A stretch of DNA of 64,000 nucleotides from Giardia intestinalis (Eukaryota). The stretch's first letter is position 1. Each line of letters opens with the position of its first letter. Below, in pieces: positions 48,680 through 59,500 of this stretch. The notes under the pieces were generated by a model, which made no database searches, was not told where the DNA came from, and saw only the letters and a program-made list of their open reading frames with translations. A program made the position numbers and the translations under genes. The DNA is taken from NCBI GenBank assembly GCA_000002435.2, contig CM018793.1; one strand, written 5' to 3'.

Positions 48680-48882
48680 GTAGCAGCTTTTTTCAGTTGA
48701 GATGGTTTTTGGAAATATCCCAGGTCCAACAACGGTCCACCAGAGACACTGAAAGCATCCAAGATCAATGAGGAAACAAGCAGGATTGAATGCACAAGTT
48801 CACAAAAGAGAGAGTGTGTTAGGAGACTCGCAGAAGCGTCTTATCCCTTTAACCTATATATGCACATGACAACTTCATGGAC

Positions 48883-51426
48883 TCAGGTTAAGACGGTACT
48901 GCCGCCCAGGAATTCTGCGACGTCTTGCTGTCCATACTGCTTTGCTAATTGAAGGGCGGTGCAACAATCTGCATCAACGACATCGCGCTCATGTTCCGCT
49001 AAGGCTTTAACCACACTAACATGGCCATTCATGGCGGCGTGCATCAAGGCTGTTCTCAAATCTGCATCCTGCAAGTTGCATTCAACATCGAGAAGAATCT
49101 GCACCACCTCTAAGTATCCTGCTGCAGCTCCTAACATAAGGCTGGTCATGCCCTTAGAATTCTTCATACCCTTCTCATGATCAAGCAGCAGGGAGACAGA
49201 TTTGCTATGTCCGTTCCGTGAAGCCCACATCATGGCAGTGTGACCATCCTTGTCTAGGATACCATGCTCATGCTCAACCAGTAGCTCTACAAGCTCGTGA
49301 TGGCCGTGCATCGCAGCCCACATGAGAGCTGTCATTCCTGTGTCATCCTTACGCTTCACCTCATGGAGGTTTTGTGCAGCCAGCTCAGCATCTCCAATAC
49401 ACGATGCATACATAAGAACAGTCCACCCCGAGACACCACTTTCATGCTGCGCAAGTTTCTTAACTGCTGCAATCTTGTTATTTTGGGCAGCAATAATGAG
49501 AGATGTCCTTCCCAGATTGTCTGCTTGTCCTCGCTCGTGTATAGAGCGCTCTATCAATTGGACGTCTCCAAGAGCCGCCGCACACATAAGCGTGGTCCAG
49601 TTGGAAGCGTCCTTTTCATAGGCCATAAGAACCTCTGCAGCCTCCTTATTAGAGTTCTCTGCAGCAATCATTAAGGCCGTGCGACCGTCGTTTGCTCGCA
49701 AATTCTCCTCCACCTCTACCAGTAGACGTATAACCTCGGTGTGTCCCTTTCGAGCAGCTTCCATAAGAGCTGTGTATCCCAGCCTGGACTGTGCCTTTGA
49801 TTCGTAATCCATTAGTACCTTGACTGTCTCTATGTGTCCGTGCTGCGCAGCAATCATGAGGGAGGTCTCGCCCTTGCCATTTGTTAGGTTCTTCTCATAG
49901 TTGATGAGGATCTTAACCGAGTCAACGTGGTTTTTTCCGGCGGCAACCATCAGCGCTGTAAGGGTTTGGTTATTTCTCAATTCGCTCTCATACGCAGCAA
50001 GCTTCTTTACAACATCAGTATGGCCACTGTACGCGGCATGCATGAGCGCAGTATAGCCATACTTATCCTGGATTCCCTTTTCTTTGTCCACAAGAAGCGG
50101 AATAAAAGCAGTGCGACCACGTTGAGCTGCGTGCATCAGTGCCGTAAATGAGCGGTCATCCCTCTTCTGTGCGTCCTCGTCTATGAAGGCATGTGCCAGC
50201 ATTATATTATTGCTTATAACTGTGCGCATCAGTCTAGTGAGCATTGAAAAGCGCTGCAGCGACTCCATGCATTCTAGTTTTTTCCTCAACTCGTCATTTT
50301 CATAGGTTAAGGATTTCTTTAAAAGCTGTTCGTCTTTGAGTGTGTGTTCTAGTGCTGAGACTGTTGCCTTGAGAGAGTTCAGTTGTTGCTTTAACGTGGC
50401 CACCTCTGTCTCTAATTTTGTGCTGTGTTCTTTATAACCAATTAGGTCTGCGTCTTTGGCTTCACACATTTTCTTGAGCAAATTTATCTCAACAGTGCAT
50501 TGCTTGTGAGTATTCTGCAACGCACTATGCTCGGCTTCTAGCTCTTTAAAACGAAACGTTCCCTTAGACTCTTTGGAAGTAAGGTATTCATCTAGTTCCT
50601 TCAAGAGTTGCTCAGCTGAAGGACGGTCACTTGGGTTTGGAACGAGAAGCGTCTCTAGCACGCTTTTAATGAACCCATCATTAATGGCATTCAAGTCAGG
50701 TCTCCATGCCTCAGATAGGTCACTCTCCGATTTAACATTTGACAGGAAAAAGGGTCTAACACCACTAGCAAGCTCGTAAATGATTACCCCAAGGCTCCAC
50801 ATGTCTGAGGCTGGACTGTACTTTTTCTTCAAGAGAACCTCTGGAGCAAAGTACATAGGAGAGCCTGCCGTGGTGGATCCGTCTTTAAGAGCCTCTCTGC
50901 AGAACCCAAAATCTGCAATAACAAACTGCGTCTCGTCATCATTAGTCAAAATGTTAGCTGGTTTAAGGTCGCGATGAATGATAACAGCAGATAGCGGATT
51001 CCCAGTGGTATCATGCTTATTTGGGCTGTGAAGGTACATGAGCCCTGTCGTCACTTGCAGAAGAACTTCTATTATCTTATCCCTTGGAAATTCCTTTCTT
51101 TTTCTTTTGTACACCTTTATTGTGTCCTCTAGGGACTTAGCATAGCGCTGCATGCGAATATACACAAAATCACCTTCCTGATGCACCGCTTTATATCTAA
51201 GGATATTCGGATGAGATAGCTGAGGCATAATTCTTATCTCTGTTTCGAAAGCCTCTAGCACGTCCTCAGGCATGCCGTCTATTCGCATCTCTTTGACCGC
51301 CTCATCAGGGTTATCGCTCAGCGAGTAAACAGTTCCATAGACTCCTTGCCCTATGCAGTGGCCAAACCGATTCAAAAAGCCATCATCAGAAGTGGTATCT
51401 GAACCATCCGATGACATTGCAGGCAA
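48883..51426 (-). CDS. NEK-family Ser/Thr kinase with a C-terminal ankyrin-repeat array. Paralog of the gene at 2209-4806.
   Basis: Kinase motifs are present: 'IGQGVYGTVY', 'AVKEM', 'HRDLKPANIL', 'ADFGFC', 'YFAPEV', and 'WRPDLNAINDGFIKSVLE' (shared with the first NEK). A coiled-coil follows, then more than 12 ankyrin repeats. Confidence 0.9.
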   Translation of the reverse strand: MPAMSSDGSDTTSDDGFLNRFGHCIGQGVYGTVYSLSDNPDEAVKEMRIDGMPEDVLEAFETEIRIMPQLSHPNILRYKAVHQEGDFVYIRMQRYAKSLEDTIKVYKRKRKEFPRDKIIEVLLQVTTGLMYLHSPNKHDTTGNPLSAVIIHRDLKPANILTNDDETQFVIADFGFCREALKDGSTTAGSPMYFAPEVLLKKKYSPASDMWSLGVIIYELASGVRPFFLSNVKSESDLSEAWRPDLNAINDGFIKSVLETLLVPNPSDRPSAEQLLKELDEYLTSKESKGTFRFKELEAEHSALQNTHKQCTVEINLLKKMCEAKDADLIGYKEHSTKLETEVATLKQQLNSLKATVSALEHTLKDEQLLKKSLTYENDELRKKLECMESLQRFSMLTRLMRTVISNNIMLAHAFIDEDAQKRDDRSFTALMHAAQRGRTAFIPLLVDKEKGIQDKYGYTALMHAAYSGHTDVVKKLAAYESELRNNQTLTALMVAAGKNHVDSVKILINYEKNLTNGKGETSLMIAAQHGHIETVKVLMDYESKAQSRLGYTALMEAARKGHTEVIRLLVEVEENLRANDGRTALMIAAENSNKEAAEVLMAYEKDASNWTTLMCAAALGDVQLIERSIHERGQADNLGRTSLIIAAQNNKIAAVKKLAQHESGVSGWTVLMYASCIGDAELAAQNLHEVKRKDDTGMTALMWAAMHGHHELVELLVEHEHGILDKDGHTAMMWASRNGHSKSVSLLLDHEKGMKNSKGMTSLMLGAAAGYLEVVQILLDVECNLQDADLRTALMHAAMNGHVSVVKALAEHERDVVDADCCTALQLAKQYGQQDVAEFLGGSTVLT

Positions 51427-52004
51427 AGATTATTTTCAATATTGCAATTATTTGAATAGATAGGCCCAATCCAATCTTTATGTTTTTATAAACACAAAGG
51501 AGGATACGTATTACATCCCCAAGCAGCTTGTAAGATGGAGCATGAGGGTACTGCATTTAGGCTTCTTTAAGCCCATAAATAAACTAGTTACGTACTAAAG
51601 CCTTTTTTGCGTTCTGCACCAACGGAGTTGGGAACCAACGCTAACATCATCACGGCGTAGGAGCCACCCGGAAGACTCCCGCGCCGGGTCAGAGCAGAGA
51701 TAGGTGCTTCTGCGAGGCTGTGGTCCTGCTGGGAGGCACGACTCTCCGGGCACGGAGCACACGATAGCCATCTCACGGCATTAAGCCAGCTGTGGCCTGG
51801 CATCGTCCATCCGTTCATCGCCGCAGACGATCCCCAAGCAGATGTTATCGATATATGAATCGTTCCCGGCCCCCGCTGCCAGACGGCGAGACACTTGGCC
51901 GTGGACGCGCTTGCAGACGGCCCTACGCTAACGGACACACGGGCGGCAGGCAGGGGTGCATCTGGGGTGTCGGAGCCCGGAGAGCACACTCACGCCCCTG
52001 GTAA

Positions 52005-53956
52005 GTGGCGAACGTACACATACAGAACTCCTTCGTCTCGCAGTGTGTCACGTCCTGTGAAAAAGCGGGTGGTCGCTGCCCCTCCTGCGGGCCTCCACAG
52101 GCACGCATCACAACAGCCTCGGTGCGGAGTGCAGCAAGCACAAGGATGGCTGTGCCCAGAATAGGTGCGCCCCTGGCCAAGTCCGATGAACGGAACGCGC
52201 ACGGCGTACTCCGAGAGCGCTTCCTCTGTGTGCATCCTGGACAGCACCGCGGCTCGGTCCACTGCGTCGAGTGCAGGGGCTCGGGCTCGGAGGCGAACGC
52301 GTTCCTGCTCTACGAGGTGGACACGAGTGCAGCGTGGTAGGGGCGGGCGGTGTGTGCTCGTCAACCCGAACAGCGGTGCGACCGAGGGATCTCACAGCTG
52401 CAGCAGCGGCTACTGCACGTCATGCCACAAGACGCATCTGTTCTGTAAGTATGGATGCTACAGCCGACACAGTTCGACTGGATTTGCCATATGCGCGGGG
52501 GCGAACCAGTGCGAGCTAGACAACGTGACGATCTGCACAGAATGCGTGAACACGTCGCATGCACCCAAGAATGGGGGGTGCACCTTCGTCGGGGAAAGCG
52601 CCTCCAGAAGCCTGTTTTCTGACTGCACGAAAGATGCAAGCAGAGGGTTGTGCACAGGTTGCTCCAGCACCGGGAAGTCTTTCTTGTTCTATGGTGGTTG
52701 CTATAACAGAGACTCCCACGTTGGTTCAAAGCTCTGTCTGGAAGCAGCGGGCGGAGTGTGTAAGCAGTGGCGTAGCAATTTTAACTTCACCTTCTCTAAA
52801 GCTGAGGGGGCCGACCGATACCTGTGCGGTGATACCAGCAGTGGTGTGCGTGGCTGCGCTACATGCGGGTACAATAACGGTGTGACGTGTACGCGGTGCT
52901 CGACGGGATACCTCGGGGTGGATGGGAGGTCCTGCAGTGAAGGCTGCAGCGGAGACACTCGGGGGGGCGTGTACGGAGGTAACAGAAGGGAGCGAATCAA
53001 CTGAAGTGTCGTGTCGATGCGTCTGCAAGCCGACGTTCTACAACAGCTCCGGAACGTGCATATCATGTACGGACTCGTGCGCTGTCTGCAAGGATGGCAC
53101 ACTAACCGGCTGCCAGCAGTGCAGCCCTGGCAAGATCCTAAGCTTCTCGATCGTCTCCAGCGAGAGTGCAGACTGTGTCGATCAGTGTTCTGTTAGTAGT
53201 GAGTGTGCAGAATGCGGCATCACCATCGACGGCAGCAGGTACTGCACGCGCTGCAAGGACGCAAGCACGTATCCGTTCAACGGGGTGTGTATTCTGAACA
53301 CACAAAGGGACGCGTACTGCACCAGCAAGGCAAATGGCGTCTGCACCACCTGTTCCTCAGGCGCCTTCCTGATGAACGGGGGCTGCTACACAACGGAGCA
53401 CTATCCGGGAAGCACTATCTGTGGTAAGCAGTCAAACGGAAAGTGTGAGAAGACCAAGGAGGGGTACGGGATATCGCCCGATGGAAAGCTGCTGGAGTGC
53501 GATCCGACATGTCTGGCGTGCACCGCCCCTGGCCCCGGCCGCTGCACCAGGTGCCCCTCTGGAGCGCTCCTGAAGAGGGCCTCGGGTGCCGCCACCGGGA
53601 GCTGCGTCGGCCTTAATGCCTGTGTAGACGGGTACTATGCAGACGGAGACGCGTGCCTGCCCTGCGCCACTCCGGGGTGCAAGACCTGCGGGCATGCCTC
53701 CTTCTGCACAGAGTGCGCGGGGGAGCTCTTCGTGAGCCTGGACGGGCGGTCGTGCCTGGGGGAGTGCACCGGGAACAAGGTGGTGGGAGAGGTGCCCGGC
53801 GGCGTGCGGAGGTGCTGGTGCGAACGGGGCTTCTACAGCCATGGTCCAAGGGTCGCACGAATAAACCCACCTCCCCGCTCCTGTGTGAAGACGGGGACGA
53901 ACCAGGCCCGCTCGACCTCGGTGACCGGTAGTCCTTCCTCTCCCCAGTCGGTCTGA
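52005..53956 (+). pseudogene. VSP-like / high-cysteine-protein pseudogene or gene fragment. The CXXC/GGCY-rich coding sequence is split over three reading frames, with no signal peptide and no TM-CRGKA tail.
   Basis: Frame-3 52005-52340 ('CVTSCEKAGGRCPSCG'), frame-1 52165-53004 ('CTSCHKTHLFCKYGCYS...GKSFLFYGGCY') and frame-2 52922-53956 ('AFLMNGGCYTTEHYPGS...CTRCPSGALLK...CKTCGHASFCTEC') all carry VSP-type motifs. They require two or more frameshifts to join. The region is a GC-rich island. Confidence 0.55.
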
Positions 53957-53986
53957 GCTATCCGGCAAGGATCAAGAGTATCGGCT

Positions 53987-54046
53987 GGACGAGGCCCATA
54001 GGGGGCATCGGGTGACTGGCTCGGACCCATCCGGCAGGCCTCGTCC
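53987..54046. repeat. Perfect 10-bp inverted repeat (GGACGAGGCC ... GGCCTCGTCC) with a 40-nt spacer, forming a potential stem-loop just 3' of the VSP-like pseudogene.
   Basis: The arms at 53987-53996 and 54037-54046 are exact reverse complements. The flanks contain a direct repeat ATCCGGCA. Confidence 0.4.
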
Positions 54047-54600
54047 GTGCCTGTTCCTGACCTAACAACTTGCTGCCCGCTGCAGGTGCTGAGAGCAACC
54101 CATCTCTAGGGCCTCCGCCCTCTCATACAACAGTCCATTCGGGGATGCCCCCGTGTCCATCACTCTGTGCTGGCTGGCACACGTCTGTGGCCGGGATGTC
54201 TATTTTCCCCAAGAGCTAGCATAGGCGGGAGACATCTTTAGAGGGCCTGCTCCTCTTAGAAATAGTGATCCCGTACACCGACTCACCGTGTAGTCAGAGA
54301 GGCCATAATGGGGCGGGTTTGCCTGTGTGGCTCCGGATCAGATCACAATTAGTTCGAGACAATATTCAGATCCATGAACTGTGATGGTGACCGATGAGCG
54401 ATGAATATTAAATAGATAATAGAAGAGCTTAGTAGTAGATACAATCAAGTAGCACCTAACCATTATGTATATTAGCAGCTTTATTAAGACAACCAACCAG
54501 ACGGAAAGAGACTAACCAATCAGCGAACACAGAACTTACAACATGACACCGACCATACATGCCTTGCTTTAAAGTAAACTATACAATAAACTTATTAGCT

Positions 54601-55773
54601 TTACAGTCCGATAACATGGGATAGAGCTAAGACCTTTTCGGAAGGGAGAATCCAGGTCTCTGCCTCAAGACGCTCGTCGATGGTCACCTCAGCCCAGTTG
54701 AGATAAAGAAGTTGAGGGAGGATATAGATCAGTAGCGCTCTAATGGTATTTGCTGGGGTAGGGAGTGTGGCCACGGCATTCTTCCTGTATTGTTCAAATA
54801 GACTTTTGTTTGCGCTCGGGGCATCTGCATACGGATCAACTGTTCTATTGACTCCCACAGCAAATGAGACCTCGTCCTGGCGGGCCATCAAGTCCCCTAG
54901 TGCTAAGATCCGTGCGTCCTTAAGTGTCACGGCCACGTGGAGCCCGTCATTGTCTGGACGCTTAAATCGTCTTCCATTAGTAAACTCTTTTTGAGAGGGC
55001 GATAACGTATCGTCAGATGTCACAACAAGTTCCCTCAGTAGCTTGAAGGGAATGAGCTTCTTTATGCAGGAAAGTTGATTAATGCAATTCGCGTGGAGGA
55101 GGAGTGTTCTGAGATTGGGGTTTTGTAACGGTGCTAGGTGTTCAATAGAAGTGATTCTGTTATGGCTAAGGTTGCAGTATCGAAGACTTGGGAAGCGGTC
55201 TATATGTGCATCGCTAGTTAAAATGTTATGAGCAGCATCGAGCCAAAACACGTTGGGACAACAATTATTGCCTTTGAGAGATGAAATGACGTTTCGAGAA
55301 ATGTCTAAACGCTCCAGGTATGGGAGAGCATCTCCAGAGACCTCTGACGGAAACTCAAACAATTTGTTACGGCTCAAGTCCAGGTTAACTAGATTAGGAC
55401 AGAAGCGAAGAGATGGAAGCTCTTCAAGATCATTGCACGAGAGAGTTAACGTAAGTAACAGGGGGCAAACAGGGAGCATGTGCCACTCGACCTGTGCATC
55501 ATTCAGCCCGCAGTTCGAAAGGTTCAGCTCAGTAAGATGTGGCAGGGAGAAAAGATCCGTTACATCTGCAGAACTCAGTCTCCGTCCAGCGACAGAGAGG
55601 CGCTCTACAAAAGAAAACTGGCTATATATCTCCGAAATGGCGAAATCAGGCACTGATGAACAATCCAGCGATCGTGTAATGTACGTGGCTCCGTCCGCAG
55701 AGGGCCCAAAGTGCCCCAGTAAAGGGACCACGTCTAGGATGGTCGGGGGCATAGGAATTTTAAGGAAGTTCAC
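54601..55773 (-). CDS. Leucine-rich-repeat protein (SDS22-like 22-residue LRRs plus a C-terminal LRRcap).
   Basis: Repeats such as 'LRYCNLSHNRITSIEHL' and 'LVNLDLSRNKLFEFP' are present. The LRRcap-like 'YILPQLLYLNWAEVTIDERLEA' sits at the C-terminus. The start codon is 4 bp from the CFAP298 stop. Confidence 0.75.
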   Translation of the reverse strand: MNFLKIPMPPTILDVVPLLGHFGPSADGATYITRSLDCSSVPDFAISEIYSQFSFVERLSVAGRRLSSADVTDLFSLPHLTELNLSNCGLNDAQVEWHMLPVCPLLLTLTLSCNDLEELPSLRFCPNLVNLDLSRNKLFEFPSEVSGDALPYLERLDISRNVISSLKGNNCCPNVFWLDAAHNILTSDAHIDRFPSLRYCNLSHNRITSIEHLAPLQNPNLRTLLLHANCINQLSCIKKLIPFKLLRELVVTSDDTLSPSQKEFTNGRRFKRPDNDGLHVAVTLKDARILALGDLMARQDEVSFAVGVNRTVDPYADAPSANKSLFEQYRKNAVATLPTPANTIRALLIYILPQLLYLNWAEVTIDERLEAETWILPSEKVLALSHVIGL

Positions 55774-55777
55774 TAGG

Positions 55778-56590
55778 CTAGTGTCTTATCTCTGAAAGTC
55801 CATGCAGCTGGTTGCGGAGTGAATTCTTGTTTGTCCATTCTCGGGTATATACCTCCTCGGTAGTGTTTAGCTCAGCTTCCTTGAGGCTTTTCTCGCGCTT
55901 AAACATGTAGCTCATCATAGCTGCACGTGCCTCATCATCTGCTTTGCGCGGCACAACTGTGTTTGATCGACTTGGTATGACCTTTAGCACTGCATTTGCT
56001 CCGCACTTGATGCTACTCATAGCAGGCCCCTTAGAGCACAAAGAAGACCCTGCAAAGAAAAGGCAGCTAGTCTCCGTGCTATAATACTTCTGGGGCTCTA
56101 CCTTTCCTTCTAGGATGTCCTCCTCTGCATCCAGAAGCTCTTTGGCTGGATCGTAGTCGGGAAGACCCATTGGCCAGACCATCATCAGTGCCCCCTTTGC
56201 TATGGCGATCGCCTCTTTGACAACTTCCTCTGTCACAGGGTTTCGCTGGGATGGTAGTGTATAACAAACTCGACGTATTTCAGCCGCGACATCCGTCAGG
56301 GTCTTCTTGCCCGTTTCGTCAGGAGCATGACCCGTTCGCAGGTTGTAGGCATCGACGCTTGGGCCAAGGGGCTCTTCACCTTCCTGCTGGCCTGTCAATG
56401 CTTTGTACTCAGGAGCCCGCAGGGGTCCGTGCTTCGCTAGATCCTCCAGGGGATCAACCAAGGATGACAAAAAGATCAGACTATTCAGGAGGCGGATTCC
56501 TCGGTTGTTTACATCCTCTGTGCTTTCGGCCTTGTCGCATTCGAAGTAGAATGCGAGCTTTGTGTCGGTAGGAGCCACATTGATCAACAT
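55778..56590 (-). CDS. CFAP298: CFAP298 (C21orf59/Kurly/FBB18) homolog, a cilia/flagella-associated dynein-arm assembly factor.
   Basis: 'LAKHGPLRAPEYKALTGQQ' parallels human 'LAEHGIFLPPNMQGLTDDQ'. 'IAKGALMMVWPMGLPDYDPAKELLDAEEDI' parallels 'LRGAVMIVYPMGLPPYDPIRMEFENKEDL'. The C-terminal 'LRNQLHGLSEIRH' parallels 'LKRHFHGVKDIKW'. Confidence 0.8.
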   Translation of the reverse strand: MLINVAPTDTKLAFYFECDKAESTEDVNNRGIRLLNSLIFLSSLVDPLEDLAKHGPLRAPEYKALTGQQEGEEPLGPSVDAYNLRTGHAPDETGKKTLTDVAAEIRRVCYTLPSQRNPVTEEVVKEAIAIAKGALMMVWPMGLPDYDPAKELLDAEEDILEGKVEPQKYYSTETSCLFFAGSSLCSKGPAMSSIKCGANAVLKVIPSRSNTVVPRKADDEARAAMMSYMFKREKSLKEAELNTTEEVYTREWTNKNSLRNQLHGLSEIRH

Positions 56591-56595
56591 TTAAT

Positions 56596-59500
56596 TTAGA
56601 TTTCCATTAGGCCATAATGCCGAAGAGGGTAGCCATACGGTGCACTTGCAGCCTCGCAGAATAAGTTGCGAAGAACTGCAGGCAGGGACTGAACACTGAA
56701 CCGTTCTTCGTCACCAGACGCAAAAACAAGTAGATCTGCTTGAATTGTCGCCCAGATCATCTCACAGGCAAACGATGGATACGTATAGACGTCCCACTGA
56801 ACCTTGCTGTGTGAGTATGAGTACGCCCGTGGACCAGGCTTGATGGTGAAGAGCCTCTTCAGCTTTTTCTCCATAAGCGTTGTTCTCCATTGCCGCTTGT
56901 CTCCTTGATCTATGTATACTTCTGTGAGTTGCTCATATACTACGGTTTCTGCCTCAGATAAAGTAGAGGGGAGAGAGTCGCCAATGGATAAGCACTGAAT
57001 GCTGTGTTCTATGGCATGCTTCATGGCCTTCACCCCCAGTGTCTTTGCCACATCTTGATCGTCAGGGTCAATCTGTGATGGGGCAGTATCAAGGACAGAG
57101 ATAAGAAGGGCGCTAAACGAAGATGATCCATACGCTGCTCCGAAAGGCGAGACCTGATCTACATTGAAAGGAGATGCCCCAATAGAGGCTAGTGGGATTG
57201 GTTCGAAGCTGGTGGTGTCTACACTGGCCAGCTGAGTTTGTGAAGGAGGCGGTGAAAATGAGGGGAGCTCTTGACGCGCAGAGCCCTCTTCAAGAGCTCT
57301 ATTATGGGCATCAAGACGACTCTGGGCGATGGAGCCCAGGTCAACGGAAACGTCTTCTGCGTCCAGGCCTACTTCAGCCAGCTCATCCGCAATGTCATTG
57401 GCAATGTTATGCGGAGCCATTGGGGTATTGTTCCCTATAGCACTCTTGTTGCTGCGACCGTGAGCTACAGGCGTTTCAGTTGGCTGCTTTCTAGAAGGAG
57501 ATTCCATAGCCATTTCTTCAACAGCAACTGCAGAGTGAGACATGGCTGTTAGATTGCTGGACGCCAGCGGTGAAAATACAAAGGCCCGTTGTAGAATATA
57601 GGCTCCGTTAAATAGTTGGTATATATCTGCTTCTCTAATGTCCCAACCACGCGGAGAGATACAGTGGAATAAAAAGATAGAGGCCTTGAGCACTTCTCGT
57701 CTACGTGTGTCCGTAGTTGCGCTTTCCTCTAGATCCTTGTAGTGCGTCATCAAACACGCATTGATAGTCTCCTGATTTGAATTTTTGTATACATTTCCAG
57801 AAAAGCAATGATCATAGCATTTGGCTAACTTAGTAATCACTTGGCACAACTTATCATCAGTAGACGATATGGCAAAGACAAATATGAACTTGAGCAATAG
57901 GTCCACAAGACCCCGTCGAGAGTCAGGATGGGAAAAGACTCCAGCCAAGCTGTAATCCTGATAGGTATAGTCGTCAGTCATAAGAGAAAACTTATACCTT
58001 GGTAGCCAGTACCACTTCCTTGTAGATGCTGAAGCAGATTTTCTGCCACTAGCGACCGGATTGACAGCAACATCTGCGTGTTCCAGGGCTTCTGCATTAG
58101 GAGATGTAACGCTTGCCTGCATCTCAGTGGCAGCCTTCTTCCCTGGTTTGGCCTTACGCTCACGGCGAGTTGCTGCGTTATAAAGCTCTTCCAGGCTTAC
58201 TCTCTCCACGGTATGGCACGAGGTTTCCTTTGTTTCCAGCGCCGTAACGTTGCACAGGACACCAGTTGCAAAGGATAGCATCCCCATAGAGCGAAGGATG
58301 AGCATGTTTTTACCGCTGAGAAGGACGACAACATCACCCGGTCGCATGCCGCCATACCCAATAGGTGTAAGGAGAGGAAGAATGGTCCCCTGAGTACCCA
58401 ATGCCCCAGAGTCCAGCTTCGATCTAAACAGGCAGCAAAAGCTGGCTTCTGAACTCATGTCCTGGCTCCATCCACTGAGGCTTTGCAGTGCGGAGTCATA
58501 GAACATAATGTCATCTGTATCCTCTGGCTTCAGTCGACCATCGTTGTCGAGAATTGTGGATACAACGGTCTTCATATAGTCCCCAAAGGTGAGATTAATA
58601 TCAACAGAGCTGTAGAAGAACTGAGAATACCGAGGGTAAGATGGTACCAAAATCGGTGTGCCTCCAATTGGAAGCGGGGGGATGTTGAGTAGTGATGAGA
58701 GTACAAGGACGAGCATGTTCCACGGAATTAGTATGGGCAGCAAGTAGAGCATGACCTTTCTCCAACCCGTGCGTGGCTTAGAAAATGCAAACTTGGCCAC
58801 AGAGATATACATGTTGATACCTACAGTGAGCCGGTGGAGGAACCCGTCCGCAACTGCTCCCACAAGCGCAGAGACAGCTATTGCTGGAAGATTTGTAGGC
58901 CGCAGTTCTAAAGGCAGAGAGCTGAAGTTGTTAGATGATGACCCTAGCGCAAGTTGTACTATCGTTAGGATGAGACCACCGAGTAGGAGAGATACATAGA
59001 GAGCTGCTGGATCTGTGCATGCAGACACAGTAAGATGAAGCAGCGACAGGGCGTGGATTGTGCCAGCCTCTAGGTTTAGGGTCATTAAGCTGGACTCTTT
59101 GGTAGACTGTGTATATGAAGAAATCGAGACAATGCCGTCAAAAATTCCTAGAATAAGAATAGCTACTCCGGAAATATGATTAATTATGGCGTATATGCGA
59201 CTCTGTATACGTCGCTTACGCGCAAACAAAGACCCCAGCTGAAACAGCAAGTAACAGCCAGCGCCAATCCCGAGTGGAACAAGAAACTTGATATGAGAGG
59301 ACCACATAGTAATGACCTGAGATGGCAACGGGCTAATGTGTATATCAGCTAGCAAAAGCAAACAGAAGATTGTAATTGATGCAACTGCCGCTAGAATTGC
59401 AAAGGCAAACCGAATGAAGATGCGCGCTGTATAGCTCTTAAGCGTACCATACTTAACATTCATGAGGACAAAGAAGACGCCTGGAACAAAGGAGAGAAAA

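Noticed and set aside
51588..53968. A dense set of overlapping ORFs on both strands in the GC-rich block (e.g. 51588-51989-, 51990-52364-, 53432-53968-).
   Set aside because: This is an artefact of >60% GC. Only the plus-strand frames show coherent VSP-like CXXC/GGCY motifs. The others are Arg/Pro/Ala-rich without motifs.
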